The notes below the pieces were generated by a model that saw only the letters and a program-made list of their open reading frames with translations, made no database searches and was not told the DNA's origin. Below, piece after piece: positions 20,428-30,168 of a stretch of DNA of 64,000 nucleotides. The stretch lies in the NCBI GenBank assembly GCA_963777605.1, contig CAVZRV010000007.1, positions 192,001-256,000 on the forward strand. The letters are read 5' to 3'. Position 1 is the stretch's first letter. Every line of letters begins with the position of its first letter. The stretch comes from an uncultured Acidobacteriota bacterium. GTDB taxonomy: Bacteria > Acidobacteriota > UBA6911 > RPQK01 > JAPXNP01. A program made the position numbers and the translations under genes.

Positions 20428-20546
20428 GTGAAAATTTTTCACATCCTGTGGATTTTGGATGTGGAATTACCGTGACATTCTCTGCTTTCGACCAATTCTC
20501 GCAGCGGATTTTCACTAATCAATCCAGTTGCACACATTTTGTGCAA
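20428..20546. promoter_or_regulatory. Palindromic putative transcription-factor sites
   Basis: GTGAAAA-T-TTTTCAC (20428-20442), CACATCC-N10-GGATGTG (20440-20463), TTGCACA-N5-TGTGCAA (20528-20546). Confidence 0.5.
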
Positions 20547-20568
20547 ATTGGACAGAGGCATTTTTCTC

Positions 20569-20597
20569 TTGGCCACTCCGCAGATGCTGCCTAGAAT
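20569..20597 (+). promoter_or_regulatory. Sigma70-type promoter
   Basis: TTGGCC-N17-TAGAAT, 3-7 nt upstream of the closing stem of the structured RNA. Confidence 0.6.
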
Positions 20598-20600
20598 CGA

Positions 20601-20990
20601 AATTGTCCCAAGGGGTAGACGCAAAAGAGGTTGGAACCCCGAAGGCAGTCTTCCTGGCCAGGTTTCTCGAAGGCTTTGTTTCGCGACGAAGCTGCTGAGG
20701 GGTCAACTTAGGCTGGGAAGACAACGGGATTGGACTTGTCCTCTTTCCGAAACACCTTCGAAATGGCGTCCCTGGCAATTGGTGCTGTTCCGTGGAATGG
20801 GCCATACCTTGACCACGACGGGCCTTTTGTCAGACCGGCAGGTTGATGGCACCTTGAGCCGCCCGCTTCGGCTGGATGTTGAGGTTGTCGGACTTGCCGG
20901 GCGAGGTGAGACGGTTTCTCCGGGAAACTTGACTTGCCAAGCAACCAGGCGCACCGACCTTGAGCGAATATCACTTGGGACAATTCTTTT
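20601..20990 (+). ncRNA. Unassigned large structured non-coding RNA (~385 nt)
   Basis: 12-bp closing stem AATTGTCCCAAG/CTTGGGACAATT followed by CTTTTCT; about 8 nested helices with G-U pairs on the + strand; upstream promoter; no credible ORF. Confidence 0.7.
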
Positions 20991-21152
20991 CTCCGGTAAG
21001 AAACCTTAGAAAGCCTGCTGAGCGACACGTTTCCCTTGCGCGTTATCATCCCGACCCCAATTTTCACCCAGTGAATAAACCCCGAGAAGCGGGAAGGTCG
21101 GGGAGGTCTTGAAACGTTGCCGGCGCAGTGCGAAACTGGCAGCCACAACGTT

Positions 21153-21935
21153 ATGAAGAAAATCTACGTCATTCTCGTCGTCCTCCTGGCTCTCTCAATC
21201 ATAAATACAGTGCCCGGTCAGGCACCCCAAGCTCATAAGAAGCGCCTGCTGGCGGTGGGGATGTCGGAAGGCTGGCAGCACGACTCCGTTTCCGACGCGC
21301 TCGCCACGCTGTATGAACTGGGACAGGAGACCGGTCTCTGGGAAACTTACATAAGAACCGACACCCAGTTGATCACCAAGAAGGAACTGCCGATGAACGG
21401 CAGAAATCTGGACTACTTCGATGCCGTTTTCTTCATGACCACGGGGGAACTCCCCATGAATGACGAACAGAAGGCGGCACTCCTTTCCTTCGTTCGCGAC
21501 GACGGCAAGGGATTCCTCGGCGCGCACAACGCGACAGACACGTTCTACCAGTGGCCCGAGTACGGCGAGATGATCGGGGGCTATTTTGACGGACACCCCT
21601 GGAACCAGTTCGAGGCCACGATCAAGGTGCTGGACCACAACTTTCCGGCGACCCGGCATTTCCCGGACACGTTCAAAATCTACGATGAGATCTACCAGAC
21701 CAAGAACTTTGACCCGGACAAAGTCAGAGTGCTGATGACCCTCGATACCAGCAAGCTGGACATGAAGCGGGACGGGGTCAAACACTCGGAGATTCCGATC
21801 ACGTGGGTTCGCTCCTACGGAAAAGGCCGTGTCTTCTACTGCGGACTCGGGCATCCTCCCGCAGTCTGGCAAAGACCCGATATCCGGACGATGTGGACCG
21901 AGGCCGTGAAGTGGGCGACGGGGATCACCAGGTAA
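21153..21935 (+). CDS. ThuA-like domain protein, secreted
   Basis: Signal peptide; GWQHDS, GFLGAHNATDT, GGYFDGHPW, DEIY, GRVFYCGLGH. Confidence 0.85.
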   Translation: MKKIYVILVVLLALSIINTVPGQAPQAHKKRLLAVGMSEGWQHDSVSDALATLYELGQETGLWETYIRTDTQLITKKELPMNGRNLDYFDAVFFMTTGELPMNDEQKAALLSFVRDDGKGFLGAHNATDTFYQWPEYGEMIGGYFDGHPWNQFEATIKVLDHNFPATRHFPDTFKIYDEIYQTKNFDPDKVRVLMTLDTSKLDMKRDGVKHSEIPITWVRSYGKGRVFYCGLGHPPAVWQRPDIRTMWTEAVKWATGITR

Positions 21936-21970
21936 CTGTACGACTCGCCGATTCGGATATCATAGCTCCA

Positions 21971-22588
21971 ATGCGAAAGGTCTTTTCTTATCCATTGGCT
22001 GCTGCTCTTTTCGCAGTATCGGCCGGCTGGGGAACTGTCCTGGCCGCTAAGTACGAAATCAAGGATCTTCCCGTCCGACGTGCTGCCGAGTACCCTGCGC
22101 ATCAGGATTTCCAGAGTCTGGTCATCGGTGCTGATTGCGGCAATACGCTGGAAAAGAGCCAGGAGCTTTTCGACACCGACAAATTGCTCGAGAAGGGCTT
22201 CATGCCGGTTCTCCTGGTTATTGAAAATAACAACACATTTCCGGTCCAGGTCCTGGGACAGCACGTCTATCTCCTTGATCCCGACGGCACACGAATCGCT
22301 CCGGTCCCATACCTCGAAGTCCTCCTCGCGGTAAGTCTCAAGAAACCGGTCGCCGCGTATGCCGCCAAGAAGGACTTGCACAAGATCGTCAAGAAGGAAA
22401 TGATGCAGGACTTCGAACGCAAGGCCTTTGGCGAGAAACTCATTCCACCCGGCGCTTCCGACCAGGGGATTCTTTTCTATCCCCTCCCCGACCGAGGCGA
22501 CCTGCGCGGATACCGCCTCTACCTGCCGGAGATCCTGGATTTTTCCAAGAATGAGCCGCTGATATTCTTCGAATTCGATGTTCAGTGA
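21971..22588 (+). CDS. Hypothetical secreted protein
   Basis: MRKVFSYPLAAALFAVSAG signal peptide; protein-like composition. Confidence 0.65.
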   Translation: MRKVFSYPLAAALFAVSAGWGTVLAAKYEIKDLPVRRAAEYPAHQDFQSLVIGADCGNTLEKSQELFDTDKLLEKGFMPVLLVIENNNTFPVQVLGQHVYLLDPDGTRIAPVPYLEVLLAVSLKKPVAAYAAKKDLHKIVKKEMMQDFERKAFGEKLIPPGASDQGILFYPLPDRGDLRGYRLYLPEILDFSKNEPLIFFEFDVQ

Positions 22589-22618
22589 GTTCGAAGTTCA
22601 CCAGTCTGCCGAAACTCG

Positions 22619-23893
22619 ATGCCCAAGCTTGATTTGCCACATATTACATTTACCGAGTACCAACTGGAAAACGGACTCCAGGTAGTCCTTGCGCCTCGCA
22701 ACCGGGTGCCGTTGGTTCACGTGAGTCTTCATTACCGGGTAGGCTCCAGCTACGAAACTCCCGGCATGTCCGGATTTGCCCATCTCTTTGAACACATGAT
22801 GTTCCAGGGGTCCGCGAATGTCGGGAAGAACGAGCACGGCCTCCACATCGACCAGATTGGTGGGCAATGGAACGCGTCGACGAACAAGGACCGCACCAAC
22901 TACTACGAGACGGTTCCGTCCCACTGCCTCGAGCTTGCCTTGTGGCTCGAAGCCGATCGGATGAGGTCTCTCTGCGTTACGGAGGAGAATTTCGAGAACC
23001 AGAGAATGACGGTAATCGAGGAGAAGAAGCAGAACTACGACAACCAGCCCTACGGAAAGGCTCACCTGCGCTTCGATGAACTCGCCTACTCGAACTGGGC
23101 TTACGCTCATTCGACCATCGGATTGGAAGAGGACCTGCGTCGCGCTACTCTGGCCGACGCGCAGGCCTTTCACCGCACCTACTACGGTCCCGGCAACGCA
23201 GTCCTGGTGGTTGCGGGAGAGTTCGACGAACTCCACGCCCGGGAACTTGTCCGCCGACACTTTGAACCGATAGAAGATACCACGGCCCCGCAGCATCCCC
23301 TCCTCTCTGAACCCTTGCGGGATGAGGAACGCTACGAGGAGATGGTTGACCCGCTGGCCGCGCTCCCTGCGGTCGCCAGCGGGTATCAGATGCCCTCTCT
23401 GGGCAGCCCCGAGTACTATGCCCTGTCCTTGCTGGCACTGGTCCTGGCCGATGGGGATTCATCCCGGTTTTACCGGCGCTTCGTCTACGACAACAGCTGG
23501 ATTACCGGTCTCTTTGCCGGGCCAAATCAGTACAAGGGCCCTGAAATCTTCAGAATTTGGTTCCAGGTTCGCGAGGATGTCACTCCGGAGGTGATCTCGC
23601 ATGCCGTGGATGAGGAACTCCACCGGATTGCCACCGACCGGGTTTCAGCGGAAGAGTTGGAAAAAGCCCGCAATCAGGTTGAACACCGTTACGTGAATCG
23701 CCTTTCCAGGGTCTCCCAGATCGGCGAACTATTGGCTCGGTCGGCCTCCGTTTTCGAGGACCCGGCAGCGGCGAATGAGCAACTGGAACTACTGATGTCC
23801 GTTTCAGCGGAACAGATAAGGAACACGGCTGCTGTGGTCTTTCAGCCCGCCAATCGAACCCGAATTCTTGTCATACCGGGAGGAAACTCATGA
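22619..23893 (+). CDS. M16B zinc peptidase, catalytic subunit
   Basis: GFAHLFEHMMFQGS (HxxEH), NASTNKDRTNY. Confidence 0.93.
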   Translation: MPKLDLPHITFTEYQLENGLQVVLAPRNRVPLVHVSLHYRVGSSYETPGMSGFAHLFEHMMFQGSANVGKNEHGLHIDQIGGQWNASTNKDRTNYYETVPSHCLELALWLEADRMRSLCVTEENFENQRMTVIEEKKQNYDNQPYGKAHLRFDELAYSNWAYAHSTIGLEEDLRRATLADAQAFHRTYYGPGNAVLVVAGEFDELHARELVRRHFEPIEDTTAPQHPLLSEPLRDEERYEEMVDPLAALPAVASGYQMPSLGSPEYYALSLLALVLADGDSSRFYRRFVYDNSWITGLFAGPNQYKGPEIFRIWFQVREDVTPEVISHAVDEELHRIATDRVSAEELEKARNQVEHRYVNRLSRVSQIGELLARSASVFEDPAAANEQLELLMSVSAEQIRNTAAVVFQPANRTRILVIPGGNS

Positions 23894-25239
23894 TCGAGCG
23901 GCCACCTGCTCCCGGCCCTGTCTCCGAAGTGGCATTTCCGGAAGTCAAATGGACCCAACTACCTTCGGGGCCGTCCTATGCGGCAATCAGCGATCACCTG
24001 CTGCCCCGCGTCAGCGTTCTGGTTGGGATCCCGGTTGGCAGAGTGCACGACCCCGAACCGTTCGAGGGCCTCGCGGAACTCTCCGGAGGCACGCTCAAGG
24101 AGGGAACTCGCAACCACAGTTCCCGTCAAATCGCCGAGATCTTTGACAGAAAAGCGATCAGTTTCAGCGCTGAAGTGCTGCGTGAATACTCTATCTTCTC
24201 ATTCAGCTGCCTGAAGGGCCAATTGCCGGCTGCCCTTGAGATCTTCTCGGAAGTCCTGACCGAGCCGGTATTCCCGGAAGTCGAGTTGGTCAAAGCAAGA
24301 GCCCGGTGGCAGAGCATACTGCTCGCCCAGAGAGCAGACGCAGGGTTTCTCGCCAGCGAGCGCTTCGTGAAATTGCTGTTCCCCGGGCACCCTTACGGGA
24401 GAGTCGCGCCGACGGTGGCCCAACTCCAGGAATTGACGTCGGCACGCGTGAACGCCTTTTACAGGCAGTCCTTCCCTCAGCCAGGAAGCAGGGTTCTCTT
24501 CGCAGGAGATATTGCTCCCGGGGAATCTCAGGATCTGGCGCTCAGCGGTTTCGGATCCTGGACGAACCGCCCTGCACTTGCATCCCGGTTTCCAGAAGCA
24601 CTGGAAAAGACCCCCAGGGTTGCCGTAGTAGATAGACCCCACTCGGCTCAGGCCCGGCTGGCGGTGGGAATGCGTACATTGGCGCGGTCACATGCCGACT
24701 TTGACCGGCTTCGTCTGGCTAACCAGGTCCTGGGTGGCGGCGCAAGCGCTCGACTGTTCCTCAAGCTGCGCGAGCAGAAAGGGTACAGTTACGGGGTTTA
24801 TAGTTCACTCCGGGGTTATCGTCAGGATGGCTTGATGCAGGTCAGTTGCGCCCTGCGCGCCGACAAAGCAGGCGAGGCCGTGTCAGACATCCTCACCGAA
24901 ATGAAGGGATTGGAAGAACACCCGCTGGACATAACCGAACTCGACCGCTGCAAAGCCGAGATCATCGGCTCATTCCTTCGCCGCGTCGAGACGCCGGCAT
25001 CGATCGCTTCACTGGAGATTGCCGGAGCAATGGCCGACCTCCCGCAAGGGTACTATCGCAGCCATGTGACCCGGATACAGGGCGTCACTCCCGGGGACGT
25101 GAAACACGCGGCAATGAAACACATCCGGCCGGAGACCGCCACCATCGTGGCCGTCGGCAAGGCCGACGAACTGGAAGCACAGCTCCGGGAGTTCGGCAAC
25201 GTCGCCGTATACGACTCAGCCGGCAACCAGGTTCAGTGA
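23890..25239 (+). CDS. M16B peptidase, non-catalytic partner subunit
   Basis: M16 fold without HxxEH; LGGGASARLFLKLREQKGYSYG; 4-bp overlap with the upstream gene. Confidence 0.9.
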   Translation: MIERPPAPGPVSEVAFPEVKWTQLPSGPSYAAISDHLLPRVSVLVGIPVGRVHDPEPFEGLAELSGGTLKEGTRNHSSRQIAEIFDRKAISFSAEVLREYSIFSFSCLKGQLPAALEIFSEVLTEPVFPEVELVKARARWQSILLAQRADAGFLASERFVKLLFPGHPYGRVAPTVAQLQELTSARVNAFYRQSFPQPGSRVLFAGDIAPGESQDLALSGFGSWTNRPALASRFPEALEKTPRVAVVDRPHSAQARLAVGMRTLARSHADFDRLRLANQVLGGGASARLFLKLREQKGYSYGVYSSLRGYRQDGLMQVSCALRADKAGEAVSDILTEMKGLEEHPLDITELDRCKAEIIGSFLRRVETPASIASLEIAGAMADLPQGYYRSHVTRIQGVTPGDVKHAAMKHIRPETATIVAVGKADELEAQLREFGNVAVYDSAGNQVQ

Positions 25240-25252
25240 GCAGGGAGAAATA

Positions 25253-25573
25253 ATGTCGAAAGAAGAACACTATCTGAGGGGAATGGATCTTTTCAGCGAG
25301 GATCGCCTTGATGAAGCAGCGGCGGAACTCGACAAGGCCCTTGCGATCGACCCCTCCTACCCGGATGCCCTTCACGCGCTCGCAATGACTCACTACCATC
25401 GCGGAGACCTGGACCAGGCCGTCGAGTTCGGTGAACGCCTGCGCCGCGTCGACCCGGGCAATATCCATGCCTACACCAGCCTGTCCATGTTCTACAACGC
25501 CAAGGGATTCATCGCCAAGGCCGAAGAGATGGGTGCGGAAGCCAGCCGACTTGCCGATTCCGAGCAGGCGTAG
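25253..25573 (+). CDS. Small TPR protein
   Basis: ALAIDPSYPDALHALAM TPR repeats; SD GGGAG. Confidence 0.8.
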   Translation: MSKEEHYLRGMDLFSEDRLDEAAAELDKALAIDPSYPDALHALAMTHYHRGDLDQAVEFGERLRRVDPGNIHAYTSLSMFYNAKGFIAKAEEMGAEASRLADSEQA

Positions 25574-25590
25574 GGAAGTTTCAAGCCAGG

Positions 25591-26388
25591 TTAGTTCTCG
25601 TCGTCGCGGGCATCCAGGGATAGGCCGGGGCCGGTATTGAACCCGGAATCGACGTAGTGAATTTCCCCGGTGACCCCACCGGCCAGGTCGGATACCAGGT
25701 AAACTGCGCTATTTCCAACCTCCTGAATCGACACATTCTTGCGCAGCGGGGCGGCCTTCTCGTAGCTTCCCAGGATTCCGCGAAAACCACTGATTCCTGA
25801 AGCCGCCAGCGTCTTGATCGGGCCGGCGGAGATGGCATTGACTCGAATCCCGTCGGGGCCCAGATCGGCAGCCAGGTACCTCACAGAAGCCTCCAGGGCA
25901 GCCTTTGCCACTCCCATGACATTGTAGTTCGGCATCGTGCGGACCGAACCGATATAGGTCAGAGTCAGTACCGACGCACCTGGCTTCATCAGGGGGCGGG
26001 CTCGGCGAGCCAGTGCCATCAATGAATAGCACGAGATATCCATGGCCAGGTGGAAATCAGACCTGGCCGTATCCGAGAAACGGGCTCGCAGGCTGGACTT
26101 GTTGGCAAACGCGATTGAGTGAACCAGGAAATCGAGTTTCCCCCACTTTTTCTCGACCGTCGAGAAGAAGTCATCGATCTGCTGATCGCTCGTGACGTCA
26201 AGCGGTTCAACGAGTTCGACTCCGATCTCTTCAGCGAGCGGACGGACCCTCTTTTCGAGGGCCTCCCCAAGGAAATTGAATCCCAGGGTCGCACCTTCCC
26301 GAACGGCCGCCTGCGCAATCCCCCAGGCGATCGATCTGTCGTTCGCCACTCCGAGAACCAGGCCCCTTCTTCCTTCAAGCAGTCCCAT
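25591..26388 (-). CDS. fabI: Enoyl-ACP reductase
   Basis: [40 protein letters not shown]. Confidence 0.96.
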   Translation of the reverse strand: MGLLEGRRGLVLGVANDRSIAWGIAQAAVREGATLGFNFLGEALEKRVRPLAEEIGVELVEPLDVTSDQQIDDFFSTVEKKWGKLDFLVHSIAFANKSSLRARFSDTARSDFHLAMDISCYSLMALARRARPLMKPGASVLTLTYIGSVRTMPNYNVMGVAKAALEASVRYLAADLGPDGIRVNAISAGPIKTLAASGISGFRGILGSYEKAAPLRKNVSIQEVGNSAVYLVSDLAGGVTGEIHYVDSGFNTGPGLSLDARDDEN

Positions 26389-26394
26389 ACTCGA

Positions 26395-27426
26395 TCAACT
26401 CCCGGAAAGGAGTTCGTTTACCCTTTTCATTACGGCGAAGGCGTCAGCGACATATAGTACGTCCGCTTTCCCCTGCGCCCAACCGCAGTTTGGATTGGTG
26501 TTGATCGCCCTCCGCTCGTTGATGAAACGCCAGCCAACAACGTGCGGTTCCTCTCCGTGGCAGCAGGTTGAGAGACCCTTGGGATGACGGGGTGTCGCCC
26601 CGGTCTGCCCGATCTGGTTCAGGTGGGTCATGAAAGAGAGCACCTTTTGCCCCTCCCCGGCCAGATCGACCATCGACTTGCTGCCCCCCAGCGAAGCCTT
26701 CGACAATTCCAGGAAACCTCGGATCAGTTTCTCCGCGTCATCGACGTGGGAAGCACCGTCGGGTTGACGCTTCGTCCAGCCGGCCCCGGCTACAAAGAGC
26801 AGTTCGGCATCGGGACGAATCGTCTGCTCGCCGGCAGGCGGTTCGAGGATTTCCTTCACCTGGGTCTTACGGGCTTCGTTCGACAACTCAACCGGGATCC
26901 GGGTGACCTCGGCCGATGCCGGGGCCCCCTCGAACGGAGAAAGGATGCCGGGATCAACGATGATGAACCAGGGGCGCTGATCCCGAAGCAGGACTCCCTT
27001 CATACGCTGCCGGTAATACCAGCGCGTGATCTGGAGCTTTCCGTCGTTCCGGTCAAAGCCCGAGACGTGAGTATCGATTTTGCCGCCAACCCGAAAGGCG
27101 GCTCCCGGAAGAGCTCGGCTCAGGCGAGAAGAACCCACCGCGACAACATAGTTGGGCTCCGTCGCCTTGCAGATGGCTTCGATAGCCGCCACGTCGGTCG
27201 AGTAGCGGGGCTGGTCAAAATCACTTCCATCGACTGCCACAATCTGAACAGCTCCGGACGAAGCAACCTCACCGGCAGCTGCGGTCGCGTCACCGCCAAC
27301 AATACCAATGACCAACTCGCCTCCGACCAGTTCAGCAAGGCTCCGGCCACCCGTGACAGCCTCCAGGCCAGCCTTGGGAAGGGCACCGTCGGACTGAGTT
27401 GAGATGACTACCAGTATGCGATCCAT
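26395..27426 (-). CDS. etfA: Electron transfer flavoprotein alpha subunit (divergent)
   Basis: QIGQTG, AINTNP; next to etfB. Confidence 0.8.
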   Translation of the reverse strand: MDRILVVISTQSDGALPKAGLEAVTGGRSLAELVGGELVIGIVGGDATAAAGEVASSGAVQIVAVDGSDFDQPRYSTDVAAIEAICKATEPNYVVAVGSSRLSRALPGAAFRVGGKIDTHVSGFDRNDGKLQITRWYYRQRMKGVLLRDQRPWFIIVDPGILSPFEGAPASAEVTRIPVELSNEARKTQVKEILEPPAGEQTIRPDAELLFVAGAGWTKRQPDGASHVDDAEKLIRGFLELSKASLGGSKSMVDLAGEGQKVLSFMTHLNQIGQTGATPRHPKGLSTCCHGEEPHVVGWRFINERRAINTNPNCGWAQGKADVLYVADAFAVMKRVNELLSGS

Positions 27427-27441
27427 GAACGATTCTCCTAT

Positions 27442-28254
27442 TCAGCTTCCCCTGACCCAGTCCACGATTTCCATTGCCACGTCGTCCACCGAGGCGTCCT
27501 TGACGATTCGCGTGTTCCGCCGCTGCTCGGGCAGGTCCACGCTCGCGAACGATCTCCCGTCAGAGGAGAGCTGAACGGTCCGGGCCTTTTGCAGGGCCGG
27601 CATAACGCTCCGCATGTTCATCATTCCAACCTGAGGATTGTTCGGCGGCTCGGGAAGATGCCCGGTTGCCCATCCAACCGCGATCGGTGGAGCACTGCAG
27701 ACGGAAACCTGGTGTTTGCCTCCCTCGACCCGCTCCAGGAGCCGAAGGGACCCGTCTGCCTCGACCGTGATCTCGTCAACTCCCTGAAACTGGTTGATGA
27801 TCCCCAGGCTTTCTCCGACCATCTGAATGGTGGTGCCGGAGCCGCGAGAGGCCGATTCCCAGCCTCCGAAGAGAAGAACGCGCTCCAAGTCCAGCCCGGG
27901 AATTCCCTTGATCGCCTCGGCAAGCACAGCTGCCACTTCAAAAGACTCTGTGAATCCACCCGCCGACCCGTCGACTGCAACCAGTTCGAACGGTACTTTC
28001 TGCCCGACGCTCATCATCAACTGCTGCAATTTGCCCTTCGGCCCGAGGGCAACCCAGAAGAGCTTGCTGCCGGGAACTTTCCGGACCAGGCTGGCCCCTT
28101 CATACAGCGCGTGTGCAGCCCACGGGTCCAGGACCGAGGGCAACATCATTTCATTTTTCAGCGCAGGCCCCGCAGGACCCATCACCGGCTCCAGCGTCTG
28201 CAACGGGTCGGGGACCAAGCTTCCACAAACAACAATTTGATATCCACTCATCAC
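27442..28254 (-). CDS. etfB: Electron transfer flavoprotein beta subunit (divergent)
   Basis: VVCGSLVPD, DPWAAHALYEG, FGGWESASRGSG. Confidence 0.8.
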   Translation of the reverse strand: MMSGYQIVVCGSLVPDPLQTLEPVMGPAGPALKNEMMLPSVLDPWAAHALYEGASLVRKVPGSKLFWVALGPKGKLQQLMMSVGQKVPFELVAVDGSAGGFTESFEVAAVLAEAIKGIPGLDLERVLLFGGWESASRGSGTTIQMVGESLGIINQFQGVDEITVEADGSLRLLERVEGGKHQVSVCSAPPIAVGWATGHLPEPPNNPQVGMMNMRSVMPALQKARTVQLSSDGRSFASVDLPEQRRNTRIVKDASVDDVAMEIVDWVRGS

Positions 28255-28293
28255 AATCCACCCAATTTTGAATTACCGAGCGAGCAGCGGACC

Positions 28294-30165
28294 TCAGTTC
28301 TCAACGGAGTGTAGCCCACCCGACCCGGCTCGGAAGTCGATATTCGACTGCCGTCCACCGGCCGGCCGGGAACAGTTCCAGAGGCAAACACCGCAGTGAA
28401 CACACTTTTCCCGGTCGAACCGGACACCCCCTTCAGGGTCTCGCTCGATGGCACGGCCGGAACACATTTCAACACAAACCTTCTCACCACAAGAACGACA
28501 GACCTCGGGGTAAAGAAAAACCACGTGATCGGCATACCCCGGCGTTGCCTGAACTTTGCCGCCCATGAGCAGCGCGTCCTGCTGCGAAACAAGCAACTTG
28601 CCATCAAATGGGATCGCGGGCCAGCCCGCTCGTTCCATGAGCGCGTCGTGGAGAGGAACGCCCTTCTTCTCTGCCTCTTCGCGCAGTCGGCCGATCTCCT
28701 CAGCAGGAATTCGCTTGCTGTAGAACTCCTCCGAGGAAGCAAACCGGTCCTGCGGCCGGATGATCTTCCCAGGCATCGCCAGGCGCCCTCCGCTCATCCC
28801 GGCCAGGGCCATGCCGATCATACCGCTCAGGAAGCTTCGGTTGAACCCATCCCTGGAACGCTCGGCAACTCGCCCCTCCTGCTCAATCCAGCTCGCCCGA
28901 CGCCGCTGGACATAGGTCCGATCGAGATCTTCCCGGGTGAACGGTCGGCCGGACTCCACCAACTCGATTACCGCTTCGGCGAGCAGCTTTCCGGTAGCCC
29001 AAGCTTCGTCAACGCCGGAACCGGTCAGAACATTGGTGCTTCCCGATCCCTCTCCAATTCGGGCGTAGCCGTTGCCGACAAGGAAGGGCTCTCCTCTCCG
29101 CCCGGATTCCTGGAGCGACTTGGCTCCCCAGGAGCGAATTGTCCCGTCTTTGAGATAGCGCCAGAAATAGGGATGCATCATCCAGTACTGGAGGTACCGG
29201 TAGGAAGTCCGGGCCGGATTATCGAACCAGGAAGGAACAAAAACGCCCACCGAGGCCAACTGCTCGGTGTGCATGTACATGAACCCGAAGATCTCGGGCT
29301 CTGGATACCCGAAAGTGTGGAAGACCGTTCCCCGCTTGAGGCCAACCGGTTCGGGCAACTCAATCACCATCTTGGCGCCAACGGCCCATTCCGTCTGATG
29401 GTTCCCTTCCGGGATCCCGAAGTGCTCGTCCAGTTGACGCCCTACTGCCCCCACCGGGCCATCACCGACAACAGTCAGGCCCGCCTTAACGTCCATTCCG
29501 GGCATGAATCCGTCGGAAGGCATACCCTGCTTGTCCGTACCCTGGTCCACGAGCCGTATCCCGGCAACGGAGTCACCGTCGATCAGAGGCCCCTTAACCG
29601 GACTGGCAGGCCAGAGGGAAATCAGCCCGGACGACATGACGTCACTTCCGACCCAGTTCATGAATTGCCCGAGGGACAGGATCAGGCCACCTTCCTTGCG
29701 CAAAAAAGGGGGCAGGTAAGGCAGCTCAACAGCGCGCTCTTCATACCAGGGAAGCCACTTGAGGGCTCCCAGACAGCGATCCGCCAGTCGCAGGCTGAGA
29801 GGCCTCCGACTCGCTCCGATCGGGTCCAACAGGTAGAGGACCTTCTCCGCCATTATCGGAGAAGCCAGGGGAATCTGGTCAACCTCCAATTCGGGATAGG
29901 TCTCATGAATCGATCGGGCCCGCGACGCTACCCCTGAGACGCCGAAGGCGAGGTCGTCAGCCCGCTCGTAGCAGGCGACCTGAAGGGGCATGCCCGGCAT
30001 CACCCGGCTCTCGAGACGAGGAGTCCCGTCCGGATTCATGAGCGCCCGAGACAAGGTAGTCAAAAACCCCGCTGTTGCCGGGCCGAAGCCGACACACGCC
30101 ACATCTACTTCGAAGCTGAGACGGTCGGTTTCGACCTCCTCGAGTTCGGGAAGAGTATCAATCAT
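28294..30165 (-). CDS. ETF:quinone oxidoreductase / FixCX-like with C-terminal 4Fe-4S
   Basis: VGFGPA FAD motif, DQGTDKQG..FMPG, CxxC...CVEMC and CVHCGVC. Confidence 0.85.
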   Translation of the reverse strand: MIDTLPELEEVETDRLSFEVDVACVGFGPATAGFLTTLSRALMNPDGTPRLESRVMPGMPLQVACYERADDLAFGVSGVASRARSIHETYPELEVDQIPLASPIMAEKVLYLLDPIGASRRPLSLRLADRCLGALKWLPWYEERAVELPYLPPFLRKEGGLILSLGQFMNWVGSDVMSSGLISLWPASPVKGPLIDGDSVAGIRLVDQGTDKQGMPSDGFMPGMDVKAGLTVVGDGPVGAVGRQLDEHFGIPEGNHQTEWAVGAKMVIELPEPVGLKRGTVFHTFGYPEPEIFGFMYMHTEQLASVGVFVPSWFDNPARTSYRYLQYWMMHPYFWRYLKDGTIRSWGAKSLQESGRRGEPFLVGNGYARIGEGSGSTNVLTGSGVDEAWATGKLLAEAVIELVESGRPFTREDLDRTYVQRRRASWIEQEGRVAERSRDGFNRSFLSGMIGMALAGMSGGRLAMPGKIIRPQDRFASSEEFYSKRIPAEEIGRLREEAEKKGVPLHDALMERAGWPAIPFDGKLLVSQQDALLMGGKVQATPGYADHVVFLYPEVCRSCGEKVCVEMCSGRAIERDPEGGVRFDREKCVHCGVCLWNCSRPAGGRQSNIDFRAGSGGLHSVEN

Positions 30166-30168
30166 GCC

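Noticed and set aside
20731-20750. RNase P RNA on the minus strand (GAGGACAAGTCC)
   Set aside because: Imperfect P4 motif, no 3' AACAGAA..GGCTTA partner, and G-U pairs favour the + strand.
20439-21148. Short ORFs over the structured region (20539-21009, 20515-20805, 20703-20954, 20708-21148)
   Set aside because: No recognisable motifs, weak starts and mutually overlapping frames.
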